From Takakia lepidozioides (Eukaryota; Plantae; Bryophyta): DNA of 64,000 nt. The DNA lies in contig CM060733.1 in NCBI GenBank assembly GCA_030704615.1, positions 42,842,001 to 42,906,000 of the forward strand. Direction: 5' to 3'. The translations under genes were made by a program, and so were the position numbers. Positions 49,082 through 61,849 of the stretch are shown piece by piece. The notes below the pieces were generated by a model. It had not been told where the DNA came from, ran no database searches, and saw only the letters and a list, made by a program, of their open reading frames with translations. The stretch's first letter is position 1. Each line of letters begins with the position of its first letter.

Positions 49082-52000
49082 ATGATGAGAGTAGGTGGTG
49101 TAAAACTCAGTTGCCCTTCCCAAGTTGCTCCAGCACCAGCCCTGATGAGTTTATGCGAGCATGCTCTGGCATATCACGTAACTTGCGGTTTTGTTCTATC
49201 CTCCTCATATACCATATGTCACGCCTGTTAGGTTTCCGGATCCGGAAACCCTAATTATTTGTGTTGGAATCTGACCACACCACAATGGGTGGCTCTAAAA
49301 CAGTCCGGTTTAGAAAGCTAGACTTGAATAAATCTTTATTCTCGCTCATGTTGTCAGCTGAAAAAGCTTGAATAGCATTTGGCAACTTCTACGAAGTCGC
49401 GGAACAACAGGTGGGATTCGGACATGATTGTAATCATCTTCATGTGCTTTGAGGCAGATTCGGGGTACTGGAATCAGGTGAAAGGATTGCCACTGGACGT
49501 TCTTCAACGCATTCTTCTGGGCCTTCCAGCACTTACTCTGCATGCTCTGAGCCACGACATTACTTGCCCTTTATCGTGAGATTGTCCAACAACTACCTTT
49601 CTTGTTTTTTATATCTTTCTTTGATACCCATCGGGGAGTGACGATTTGCTTCTCTTCTTAGATGCCGACTGTCAACTAGTTTCGGTGATGGGTTGCACTT
49701 CTTGCGTGCATGGATACTAAGTTGGTGCATTTCAATGGCAAGAACTAACTGCAAATTATGGGTACGCTCACCTGTAACATAGTCAATGCGGCTGCCTATT
49801 CAAGAGAAAGTAAGGAGGTGGCAATTAAGTTTGCCTGATTGTGTTTCAGGCAAATTAATGAGGAGGGGAGTGTGCCGCATAGCGAGGCAGCTCCATTTCC
49901 TGGCAAGAGATTGCCAGTCCAGAGTCAGGGTGGTCCCTCAGAAGGGACACATGGGTGCAGCAACAGGAGCAATGATGGGAGGAAGTCTCGCTGTAGAAAG
50001 AGAGCACGGATAGGATCAGTTAGACAATTAGAGGAGTTAGTTTTAGAGGCTGGCGTTGCTGCTGCTTGGAAAGTTCTCTTTTGCAAACGATGGCCAGCCC
50101 ACTCAAAGCACAGTGATCATGCTGACTTCTCTGAAAGAGACATCATTGGAGATCACGTTGAAGTAGACTGGCAGCAGCTGTATTGGGAGGCACATCTGCA
50201 AGAGTAAGGAGGATTGTCTTTTAGCCCATGACAGCTTGCTGAATTCCTCTTGTTGCAAGTGAATTGTGAAGAATCTGTGCTGTGTTCTGTCCATTATTGG
50301 TAGGTTGAGTGGGTTGAGATGAATTTCAATAGACTTTCCCATGAGACACATTGGTGGAGCTAGCACTTGGTGGGTATCTATTTCTGACAGGTGCCGGGTT
50401 GCATCTATGCAGCTGTCTGAATGCAGCTGCAGCCCATGCTTCAATTTCCAACATTGAAGGTCAAATTGGGGACTTCCTCTTGCCAGGTCGTTCACCTCAG
50501 CTTTTCACCACTTTTCACTTCTCCAGTATCAACTGTAAACTGTATGGGTCCAAGTATATGTTGTTCTTGACATCAGGTTTGGCCTTATAGGTGAGTTGGT
50601 TCAGCATATTAGAAGGAATTGTTCAGGAGCTGACAAGCATCAGTTTGCGGATTTGAAAGCCAGCTGCTGGCAGTTTGCTCAGTTTGCCAGGTATTTCTCC
50701 TCCTCAAAGACATGAAAAGCTAGTGGATTTCAATGCCTTTAGAGTTACTCTTACATTGACAAGGTTGCGTGTTCTACAAACAGCTGCCTCTACTGTGACT
50801 TGTTTTCAGCTGTAAAGCCTTGGGGGGGAGAGACTATCCATGAGCAGGCTTCATGAGCCCATGAGCAAGTGAGTGTGAAATCCGTGAGCTCAGGCTCATG
50901 AAACACCCTGATTCACCCAAAATTGTGAGCACAGGCTGATGAACTTACAGTATTCGCCTCAGGAATTATATTTTCCCAGCCTTGGGGTGATGACTTTTCC
51001 ATGACTTCAAGAGAGGGGCATAAGTGAGGGAAGTTGGGTTTGTTTCTGGTTCTTTGAGAACATATTTTCTATTTGAGCCTGTTATTGTGGGAAGTGGGTT
51101 TTTGAAGTTATTTTGCGTCTTTTTCAATGCAGGCATTTGCGGCTCCAAAGTGTCTTGTGTTCCGAGGAGCTTGTGGTGAGTCTTACAATAGTACAGCGAG
51201 GGCTTGACAACTTAGCATCTAGTCTTTAGAGTTGAGCCCTGGTTTCTGAGATGTCAGGGAAATCCTCTTTCATACAGTTCGTTCCTGACTTCAGAAAGCA
51301 GATTTCACAAACAAATTGCCGATCAGACATCATTTTCCGGTTGTTCATAACATCTCTCAATCTGGTTTAGGCTCATCACAGAAGAAGTCTCTGGCTTGTG
51401 TAAGAGTGTTTTTGAATGTCTGTTTGTAGTTCATGATTGTGGAATATGGAAGCTGTTAAGTAGTAAAGTTGCTGTTATTTTATTGTTTTATACAACTGAT
51501 TTCGTGTGTTCAGAATCTTCTCGGAAGTGCCCGACTACAATCAATTTGCTTTTACAACGTGAAAATTAGAACAGATGTAAGTGGCAGCTGTAGCTGATCT
51601 GCTGGACCTGAGCCTCCAGACCTTGATTGTGTTGAGTAACGATTATGTGTCTTCCCCTTCCTAGTAGTCAGTCTGGCACTAGTCCTTGCAGACGCTGGGC
51701 TTATATCTAACAATTCAAATGACCAGCAATCAAATGAGAATGCATGCTCACATATAGCAGAGAATATACCTGTCAACACCCGATTGTTGTGGGCTCATGT
51801 TACACATGCAGCACATATCAGTTACATAGATGGATGGTGAAAATTGAAATGTTGGAACCTTAGGAGAATTGGCATGGGCATGCTGCAGTCTACTGGAGCT
51901 AAGCCTTTACTCGATCCTTGGGTTCCCACGTTTGGATTGAGTAGCAGTGTCTTTGCATCTGAGTATTTGAAGACACAGAAAGCATTATGTGAATCAGGAA

Positions 52001-55000
52001 AAACATTTAGACTGCCCTCAACAAGACTCTTTCATGAAACAAAATCGACTTTTGGAAGGCTAGCAGTACCATAGTGGCCTACACTTAACTAGTCCTAGAG
52101 CAAACCTTCACAAACACACGTTTGTGCATTGCAGAATCCTTTGCTTCCCTGTAGGAAGTATTTTGATGACTGGGGGCAGTCGTGGCTGTCAGCTTGCAGG
52201 CATATGCCAGCTGTTGACCCAGAGCATGCCAACACTGCAACGTGTGGATTTCTACCACTGCAAATTCTCTGGGGCAATGCTCAACAGGATTGCAAAGGGC
52301 ATGTGCCCAACCAGCAGTGGGGCCTCGCATAGACTCCAGCACTTTGGGCTGATCTCCTCCAGGATATTTGACCAATCAGAGCTCTCCTCACTGTCGCCAT
52401 CTGGGTTTTACCATTTCCTATGCACTGGCAGGCAAGTGATTTCCTTCTCTGACCTCCCCAGTTTAGGAGGGAGATTAAAAAAGAATTCTATGCCCAGTTT
52501 GAGTGGGTATATGAAAAGGTGAATGCCAGGAAGACAAGTTTGAGCTAGTACCTCAGAAAGAGTGTCCACAATTTTTGGACTACTGCTGGTTGGGAAACCT
52601 GAACACAAGGTGGTCCACCTGTGAAACCTTCTATGTGGATTACGGTGAAAATCACTTGTACACTCTCTCACCTGTCATACTAATGTTTCCTCTTTACAGT
52701 AAGCTATGGTCTTCTTAGGTTGCTTGGGTGTGAGGTGGTTCCCAATAGACACTTACATCCAGGTAATCTGCCAACAACTGAGGTAAGCTTGGGATTAACA
52801 AGACAATTGAGTAAGGACAGCAGCAGGTAACTTTTGAGAAATAGCATGTAAGCACAGTGACACTTTGTAGTATCTACTGCCCCTATGAACTAAAGGCCTG
52901 AACAGCTTGACTTGGGGCATGCTACCTCCTATATGTAAGATTCCATATATACTTGCTTGCTCTAGCCTTCTGGCAAAATTACTACGGAAGTTTTGCAAGT
53001 CTTATTATCCTAATAATTATTCCACTGAACAGCCTTGTGTCTATTTTTCAACTGGTTAAAGGCTTACAACCGTTATCATTCTCATATAAAGTTATCGTAT
53101 TCTCTGGCAGAGATGAACGTGCTTGAGATGAACGTGCTTGCGGACAGTTCACATGTTTTCTAGCTGAGTGCATGGTCTTAGCAGATGACCCCTTTCACAC
53201 GGGACATGTATTGACAGGTATCTTCGCTCAGTAAAGCTATGGGATAATTCACTGGAACAAGAGAACACTGCCTTTATTGTGAATATTATCTTCCAATTTG
53301 CACTCGGCCTTTCCCATTTCTTCTTGGTCGACAATGAGGTACGCAGTTGTTGAGCTGCACTTGTTGATGTATGGTTGAAGTTGTGTTGTTCAAGGTCACA
53401 GGAGGTTATCAGTGAGTGAAGTGGCTGAAGTGGGAGTTACTTCTATGTCTGGGATGTGAAATTTTGTCCTTGGCTGCACTCTTTTGTTGATTTATATGCA
53501 GATCATATCTCAGGCAAAGATTTGTAAAACTGCCTTGGCTACAGAGCTATTAATACCTAGGGAATGTTAACAGGGAACTACAACCCTTCAATTTATTGTC
53601 ATTGTGCAGCTGGGAGAAGTGTTCACTAGACTACTTGCGAATTCTCTGCTGTCAAATGTGCCATCTCTACACAGTGGGAGACAGTCTCTGCTCAACCTCA
53701 AGGTGCTTGATCTCAGGTAAGGATGGAAATCACTTATTGTAAAGCGTAATTGCCTGATGATTTCTGGTGGCGAAATACCCCTTCATAAGCAGAAATTCTG
53801 TGCCTGTGTCTCAAATTCATAAGTGGGTTTGTGTATTTGCATTTTGCAAGAGGTGTCAACTTAAAGAGCCTATGTGGTTGGGTTTGCAGGTCGAACTTGT
53901 TAGATGGTGCTGCTGTGCCGAGTTTGGCCGCTTGTTTGAAGCAGATGCCTATGTTGCAGTATCTGGATATGAGTGACAACCCACTTGAGGATACTGGCAT
54001 CAGGTAGAATTTTGGGATCAGTTTTTGGCGAATCACAAGTATATGCAATACAAAAAGCCTGCAGGAGGAACTGAGTGGAGTAACTGCATGATTTGCCTTT
54101 TGCATTCACCGCAACACAGTTTGTATTCTCAGGCTCGAGAATAAAACATGACTGGATCATGCTGTGGTGTTTGACTGTTTGCAGTGTCAGGCTTTGGTCG
54201 CCTACTTTGATGATGTTCAATAGGCAGGCGGAATGTTGTTGGCACCACTTATGTGCAAAAAACAAAATTGGGTATGCAGGCCGAAGCAGACATGATTTAT
54301 TGTCTGTTCCATCCCTTGGTCACCCTTCCCCTTGGGAGGCAGACAGCTTGTAGCTCAGTAACAGGGCAACGTGTTTACCAATCCTCCCCTGAGGGAGCAC
54401 CAAGAGCCCACATCATTAGGTGATCCCCCTTTTACAGCTGGAAGTTATTATGAGTGACACCCAACATACACCTATGTGTATTGTAACTCACAACCACTTG
54501 CAACGCTGCTTTGTTCCCTAACCACTGCCGTCTGTGGATGTTCCAAAAGGATTGTAATGTGCTGGTCAGACTGTTAGCCGCCTGCTAAGGAATGACGAGA
54601 AATGTACATGCAGGGGACTGGTTCCGTATCTTCAGGGCTTGTGTGGTAAGGCATCCTCGTTAGTGGAGCTCTTGCTGGCCACTTGTTGCATGTCTGCCCA
54701 TGGTGCTGCTGCCCTCTTGGAGGCTATTTCACTTCCGAACCACCCAGTGCGCCGCCTTTCGGTGGCCAGCAACCACCTTGGCAGGTAAATCCTTGTTGAC
54801 CTTGTGCTACAAATGAATGCCACGAACTCATCTCCATTGTCCAATCCAAGCATTGATAATGTCATCGAGGTGAAGGGGATGGCATGGGTTAGTTTAGATT
54901 TGTTGTTGACGAATTGGTGGATGTGAATATTATCTCAAAAGAGGACCATTGAGCAGCACAGCACCTATGGGCCACCTGAGGATACCTTTGACTTTTGGGA

Positions 55001-56107
55001 TAAGAGGATGCTGCTATAAGTCAGCCACCTGACGAATGATTCAAATAGATGTACCTGGTATAGAGGAAGAGTGTGTCAGATTTATATTTCCAAGCCACTG
55101 ATTTGGGGCGGCATTGTGTACAGTGCTGCTGCCACAAACTTGGCACAATTGGTAAGGAGCTCTGCAGTGGAGAGTCTGGACATAGGAGACATAGGGCTTG
55201 GTCCATCAGGATGCACTTTGGAACTGCAGGGGGCACTGGTCTCTACTCAATCTCTTGTTCACTTAGATCTAAGGTATTTATCACCAAACCAGAAAGTGTT
55301 CACTTCTCTTGTCTTTTTGTCCTTCTGCGATAGCTTCAGGTCTCGCATTCATACAGAATTGCTGCCTTCCCCACGGTCAGCATGCCATATTGCAAGATTC
55401 AAGTCTCATCTTTAATAATGTGGTAGGCTCAGTGTTCAAACAGTAATGTTTTGTGATTGTAAGTAGCTTAGGTGCTAGATGTTGAAGCTTCTATTAGATG
55501 AAAGTCCATCTTAGTTTTAGACAGTTTCACGTGTTTGCCTGTATTTTTCGTCTTTGTAAACAGGACTTTGTATGTATTTCAATTAAGCATTTTGACAAGC
55601 TTCATGCAAACATTGGGATTGGATGCAGCAAAAATCGGATCAGTGCAGCAGGTGCTGCTATGCTAGTAGCCATAATAGTGGATGGATACAGTGGTCTCAC
55701 AAGCATTGATGCGAGTGCCAACCTGCTGTCTGTTCACTCCATGACCTCCATGGCTACTGCTTTACAGCATCAACTGCGTAAAAGAAATACTGGTGGGTAT
55801 TTCCATGTGTGAACTGGGTGGGTTCTTGGAGGAGTTTCCAGGTGATGTAAGCACACCTAAATCTATACACTTGTGACATAGTACTGGGTTAGGTGATGTT
55901 GCTCTGTTGCATGGGCAGCTCCATCTAAGCCTGAGTGTTTTCTTGTGGTTTGCAACAGGGTCGCTCCAGTGCCTGGACTTGAGAGGAAATCCCGGAAGCT
56001 TTTTGTCCAAACTTTCAGGCGTGTTTGATGGATGTGGGGGGTGCAAGGTGCTGCTCTCTGATTCGTCTTATGAAACACATGCTGAACTCCATGATGATGA
56101 TCCCTAG
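49082..56107 (+). CDS. Multi-exon leucine-rich-repeat (RNI-like) protein with an N-terminal BC-box/F-box-like segment
   Basis: Exon pieces PALMSLCEHALA, LPLDVLQRILLGLP, AWKVLFCKRWP..DWQQLYWEAHLQE, then LRRs: LQRVDFYHC, LQYLDMSDNPLEDTG, VESLDIGDIGLG, LVHLDL, LTSIDASANLL and LQCLDLRGNP. Ends HDDDP* at 56107. Exact exon edges are not all resolved. Confidence 0.75.
50822..50945 (+). mobile_element. Decayed remnant of the MULE right terminus within an LRR-gene intron
   Basis: ggggggg..actatccatgagcagg..catgagcc..cgtgagctcaggctcatg resembles GGGGGGTGCTATTCCGTGAGCC...GGCTCACG with CG>CA/TG changes. Confidence 0.5.
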
Positions 56108-57254
56108 ACAGCTACCGTGGCATTTTCTGTTAAGAATGTGGACATAGGTTCAAGCTTGCTGTGCAGTCAGGTCATTAGTCTCTACACCTGGCTGCTCGGG
56201 ACAGGGTTTATCCATGACAGCTCTAATGTTCTGGAGGGTGTCAACTCATTGTCTTGACATACATCTTGGTGTGAAAGCATACGGCACTATTGAGTTGTCC
56301 ATGTGCGAAGCCGCTTTGATTGTGTTGACCTCTTCACCCTCCCAGCTCACATCTCAAGGCAATGTAGTGGGGATTGTATCACACATATCCCATAGAAGAG
56401 ACCATGGTGGTAAAGGCAGGGGTACTCGAATTGCAAGTTTAGCACTTGCTATTGTTCACAGCACATCCTATCGATTTTGAACTGCAGCAGAGCTTCATGT
56501 TCGCTCATTTCCAGGCAATTCTTGTACAGGGGAAGTTGTCCAATCAAACAAGTTGTAGTTGACCTTGAAAAGGTATCCCAACTTGGATAAAAAGTCGTCG
56601 AGAGGGAGAACAATTCAGTGACCACACTTGAGAGGAAGTTTGCCATTACATATTTGGCTAGTGGTACAACTTGTGGAGCCCAAATGCTAGAGTGTATTCA
56701 GAGAAGCTTATATCTGCATTAGTGGCAATTGCTCATGTTTGTATCATCCCCAATCTCGTAAAACCAGTAAAACCTTGTCCCTTGTTGCAGGTGAATCACA
56801 AGAAAAGAGGAGTCTGTAGTGTCGTTGCGGCCCTTTGCCTTGAGGGTAGGGGGTCGAGACACAAGAAGGGTTGTCTTTGTGGTGGGGGTTGCGGTAGTAG
56901 GAGTGGGGCCTGACGACCCTCCAGTGTCGAAGGCGCTCACTATGTGGCTCCGAGCGGGGTGGTCGTAGTATAAAGAGTCGGAGTGGGGGGTGGCAAAGGA
57001 CTCACCGCAGGGCTAAGGCCTTGTGATGGGAGTCATGGGAAGGTCTTGGGGTTCACTACGGTCCATTGGGGCCGTGGTGGATGGATCAAGATTCATCACT
57101 GGGAGTTGAGGGTACGGTGGTTCACCAAAAAAGATTTCGGCTGTTTCTGAGATCCCCGTCGACATCTACAGAAGTATATATAGGCAGTAGTAACCTCGAC
57201 AACTGTGCAAGCCCATTAAACGAACAAAAGCAACAAGCAAGCGAGCCGGAAAGC

Positions 57255-59461
57255 CAACGACGCTACCGCGTGAGCGTGCACTCACGCTATGCTAACATGG
57301 CGTGAGCGTAGGGGACCAGCAGCTCATGTGGCGTGAGCGTCGACTGATGTGGTGGGAGCGTGAGGATGATGTGGCGTGAGTGTGTTGACATGGCAGTGAA
57401 CAACGTGATGTGGCAGTCATCATGCCTACGTGGAAGTCCACGTGTTCACGTGGGATTCGGCCAACGTGGCGAACGCCATGTCAACAGAAACATGTAGCGC
57501 CCATAGCCGAGGCACCTATTGCCGTGGCATTCATTCAGGTAATTAGAATACGAAAACACCGGAAATGGGAAACCAGAAACAAATCCACGTATGCTTATCC
57601 ATCCCATTTATGTTGCATTGATCACACTATTAAAATGGCACATATTCATCAGTTGTAGAAATTGAATTGGATGAAAGTCAGCTACTTCCTATGTGTTTTT
57701 ATCCCGCTGCATAAGTGTATTCACCTCGTTGAAACTCATGGTGGCCTGGTGAATGAAGATGTCGCGTTTGGGATCACAAATCATTGTATTCAAGAAGATA
57801 AAATAAAGATGTTTGCAGGGTATAAATTTGCATCTCTTTCCCAAACTTGTTGAAAGCATGCCAACAAAATCATGACAGGTGCAGTTGGGGAAATTTGAAA
57901 CTGTGATGTCGTAGAATCTGTCATGGATAGCAGATGTAGAGGTCATCATAGTGTAGATCCGACCATATCCGGGATCTGCAACTTCCGTAGTGCCTGCAAC
58001 ATGTCATAGAAGCATTCGAGCGGATTCCACCTTGCCGAAATGCTCGGCAGTTGGAGGGAAACGACGTACTACCTTCCTATTTTTTTTTGTTGGCCATGCA
58101 TCTGGGTTGGCTGGTGGTACTCTAGAACTTCCTGAAGTGGAAGCATTTGCACGCACGGAGGCTTCTCGTTGAAGGGAGAACCCTGCCTCCTCCAACATTG
58201 CAACTGACTTGTGAGATGTGTCCCCACCTTGACTGGCCAAATGGTCGGTGGAGGAGGCTTCATGACCACTGATGGTCGCACGGTCCCATGCACGCACCTA
58301 CCACAGTCGTCAGCGCAGAACCAGAATTTATGGTTTTTCACCTTTGGCTGCCCATAAGGCTGGAACAAACCGTTGAAGGTCGGTGCTGAAGTGCAGGCAC
58401 TGCCTCTAGATATGAAGAACTTGCACTTCTCACGATTGGTGGCTCTGATTGCGGAGCACTTCACTCGAGACCCAGCTCTCGTGCGTTCTATATGCCACAC
58501 TTCGTCAAAGCAGGTGGACTCCACCATAGACGAGAGCAAGTTCGACTCATTGAGAGTGGGAGATGCTGGTGTACTTTGTGAGAAACGTGGCTCCGCACTG
58601 GATATTCCAAAGACGAACCTATCATATAATGAAACACGCGGAATGGAGAAGTTGTCCCTGTCCGTCCTGTGCGAGTCTATATCCGACCCAGGGGGGTGTT
58701 CAATTTCCATTTACAGGACCCGAATCTCTCCTCGCCCTCCAGATGGGGAACTCTGGATACCAGAGGAGTTCCCTCTTCACACATGCTGACAGCTATGGCA
58801 ATCTTGTTTGGATCCCCCGATCTTTTTGCAACTCGCAACATCAACTCAGACTTGTCAGGGCCTTTGCCACCAACGCCACCCCTCAAGAAATCGCGATATA
58901 TCGTTTGTTGCTGCAGAGCTCGGATGAGATCATCTGCCGTCGCCAGATACAAATCTCGCCCCCGCTTTCCAGACTGCTGCAACCATGCATTGTGCACTGT
59001 CTCCGCTAGATTGTAAGAGGGCATGTCCGCCATCTCCTCAATTGACAAGTGCTGCAGAAAAGGAAAAACACACATCAGGACAGACAGGTACACCCCATGA
59101 TAGCAGACATGATTGGAAATGCATACAAAGCCAATGAGAATACATGATTTGAAATTCAGGTACCGTTGTCATGCATGCTCCCCATTGTCTGTACCGGAAG
59201 TGCCAAAATGCTAGCCAGTCTTCCAGCGTTCTTATACTGTCTTCTGATACAGCCCCAGATGAGAACCACCAGGCACGAATTGACTGGAACAAAGTATTCG
59301 CCTCCGCCATGCTTTTGGCATCTGTGTACTGTTTGCATAGTTTAAGATGAATCGCCCGCATGTCCGGTCTGATGTCTGCCTTGGTATGTTTCTCAAGGGA
59401 CTGCGTCCAATGGAAAAGACATGTTCGCTCTCTTCCTGACATTGGCACTTTTGGATCTCCT
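57255..59461 (-). mobile_element. Truncated second MULE: left terminus plus 3' half of the transposase pseudogene
   Basis: Starts CAACGACGC with GTGGCGTGAGC repeats. Carries SWIM CTCHDF..PCKH (57689-57949), NLAETVHNAW and RERTCLFHWTQSLEKH, collinear with 18395-20190. Stops abruptly at 59461. Confidence 0.9.
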
Positions 59462-61020
59462 CACTAGAAGCATTCGTGTCATTTACCACTGGGGTAACGA
59501 CTCATTTTGAGTCGTAAAAGTCAAAAAACAGGGATCGACTGGAAGTTACAACAGACGTGGTAGTTGGGTTGGACATCCAATGACTGGAGTGGTAAAGGAC
59601 GTAGACGCGCGAACAACTGCTCAGCGATTAATGCGATTAATGCTGAAGAACCACGTGGCGTAACCAGGCGGGCCGCCCGTGTGTCTGATATTTTGAGCTG
59701 CCTTTGACTTTTCCCTCCGGATGAGTGGACTGACTCACCTGGGGCGCGGTGACACATGGACGCGGACGTGGATGCGGACGTGGATGCCGATGTGGCGGCG
59801 CCGCGACGAGCGGTAATGCCGCCGCGTGGCCACGGGCTCAAGACGCCACATCGCAGTCGGCCACATAACTTGGAGTGCTGCATGTCACGTGGCAACAGCC
59901 ACTGGTGAAAACGACTGCACAACTACCGGCAGACGAATCCACGGGGACCACGTGGAGAGTGTGTGGGTCGACGCGTGGCGTCGTCCCCACGCAATGGCAG
60001 TGAGGGGTACGACTGCTAGTGGAAAGACGCAGAGTGCTTGTGCCATCTCGGGACTGCTTTGGCCAACTCCGCTGCCACTATGCTAGTTGATTGCACTACA
60101 GTAGGAAAGCACTGCAAATGAGCACTTGTAGTGGTTTGTGTGAGTTGTTCAACTGACTTGCATTCTAAGCTAAAAATATGGTTCTGATGCATTCTACTAG
60201 TTTTAGTGGTTCACCCATATGCAGGGGGAATTGAGAAGCAATGATACTGGGCGACACTCAGAACACAGACCACGATGCATGCACAACATCACGCTAATGA
60301 ACCAAATAGACGAGGCAAAAGGGAGACCAAAGACCATCACACATACACATAGAAGATGGACGGACACGACGACAAGTCAGGAAATGGAATATTGCATTCA
60401 AATTGGAGACCGTCACGGCACACCTGCATATGAGCAAGACTAAATGCCAACATACATGGTTGCCGGACATCACTTAAACTGTCATGGCCCAAATGTACAA
60501 AACTGGTAACGTGAGTATCATACACACTTCTATGAGTATCATTACACACCCAACAGGGACTACAAACATGAAATGTCACTTGATACCTTCACCCCTCTTC
60601 ATACTCTTCTCTGGCCACAGAGTCACCGTGCCTTTCACGTGCGCTAGTGTGGTCTGGGGGGGGGGGCATCGTCCACATTTGGGCAAGGCAGTGTAACACT
60701 TGGAAGCATGATCTCGTGGACTTTCACCTTGTACCACCCGGATGGAATGTCATTGCAGTGGAACTTGTCAACCCCGGCTATTCCCACCACTTCCGCCTTG
60801 GCGGCGGCTGTCTTTGACCGCTTGTCATGGGGGTTCAAGAGAAACACAGTATCTGATATCTGCAGACACCAACATCAGGGTCCACTCAGCAACAAACATA
60901 GCAATGACAGGGTGAAAGTCAAGCGCAGCTGGGCTGAATCAGCAGCAAATTCATGGTGTACCAACCTACCTTGAAGCGAAGCTCGTCGCTGAGGGTATCG
61001 CCTTGGACAGTCAGAACTCT
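59462..61020 (-). mobile_element. CACTA (En/Spm) element end with the 3' exons of a TnpA-like gene
   Basis: CACTAGAAG starts exactly where the MULE breaks, followed by ACGACT/AGTCGT and ACGTGG subterminal repeats. Spliced minus-strand exons encode AKAEVVG..KFHCNDIPSGWYKVKVHEIMLPSVTLPCPN, which resembles CACTA accessory-protein C-termini. Confidence 0.65.
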
Positions 61021-61849
61021 GTTGGAGCCAGCAGTTCTGCAGCTGTAAATGAAATACCAAAGTGGGTGAAAGCTAGGCTTGGAACACAGCCAAAGACAGC
61101 CCCGGGGACCAAGGTGTTCAGCCACAAGGCCGTGGTGTATTGGAGTAGAGGAGCAGGAGCTACACAAGTTTCTGCAATCAGACACGATTGCAGCTGGATA
61201 CGCTCTGCACAGGGCAACCACGAGCGGGGGTTCATCAGCAATGACATGTTTGTTGTGCGTGAAGGAGATGCAGTCATTCGCAATGAGGACACCCGCAACC
61301 GTCTCAAAGCTTTCGAGTTGAGAGACTATCAGACCCTACCTTTGTTTTCTTTAGTGTTCAATGAGCGGGAGATAGGGGAGTATTGCTTTGTCTCTACCTG
61401 GCAGAAAGAGGAGGAGGGTTGGTTAGAGCGAGCTACTGTAGCTTGGGACAAGGTTAGTGGCAGGTTTCTGGACATAGATATACCTCCTACACCTTACCAT
61501 CATGCAGAGCGAGGCACTTTGAGAGAAGTCTGGCAGTTGATAGCATAGATCAGGATTAGATCTTGCTTGGTCGGGCTTCTATTCTTCCCCTCCATCTCTG
61601 TACTATTTTCATTACCTTGTACTTGTAGTTGCCAAAGCCTCTCTTGGTGGAGGCCAGTCAGTCCGGGGTTTTGGGCTGGGATATTCTGCAGGATCAGCGT
61701 TGCTGCTGGATTTTGGTGTGGGGGTGTTGATGTTTTGATTTCTTGTGTTTGGATCCCCCCCAACACCTGCATGCTTGACTGTGCACCATGTTGGTTTTGT
61801 GTGGGCGCTTGCTTTCATAGGGATTAGGCCGGATTTGATCACCGGTCAA

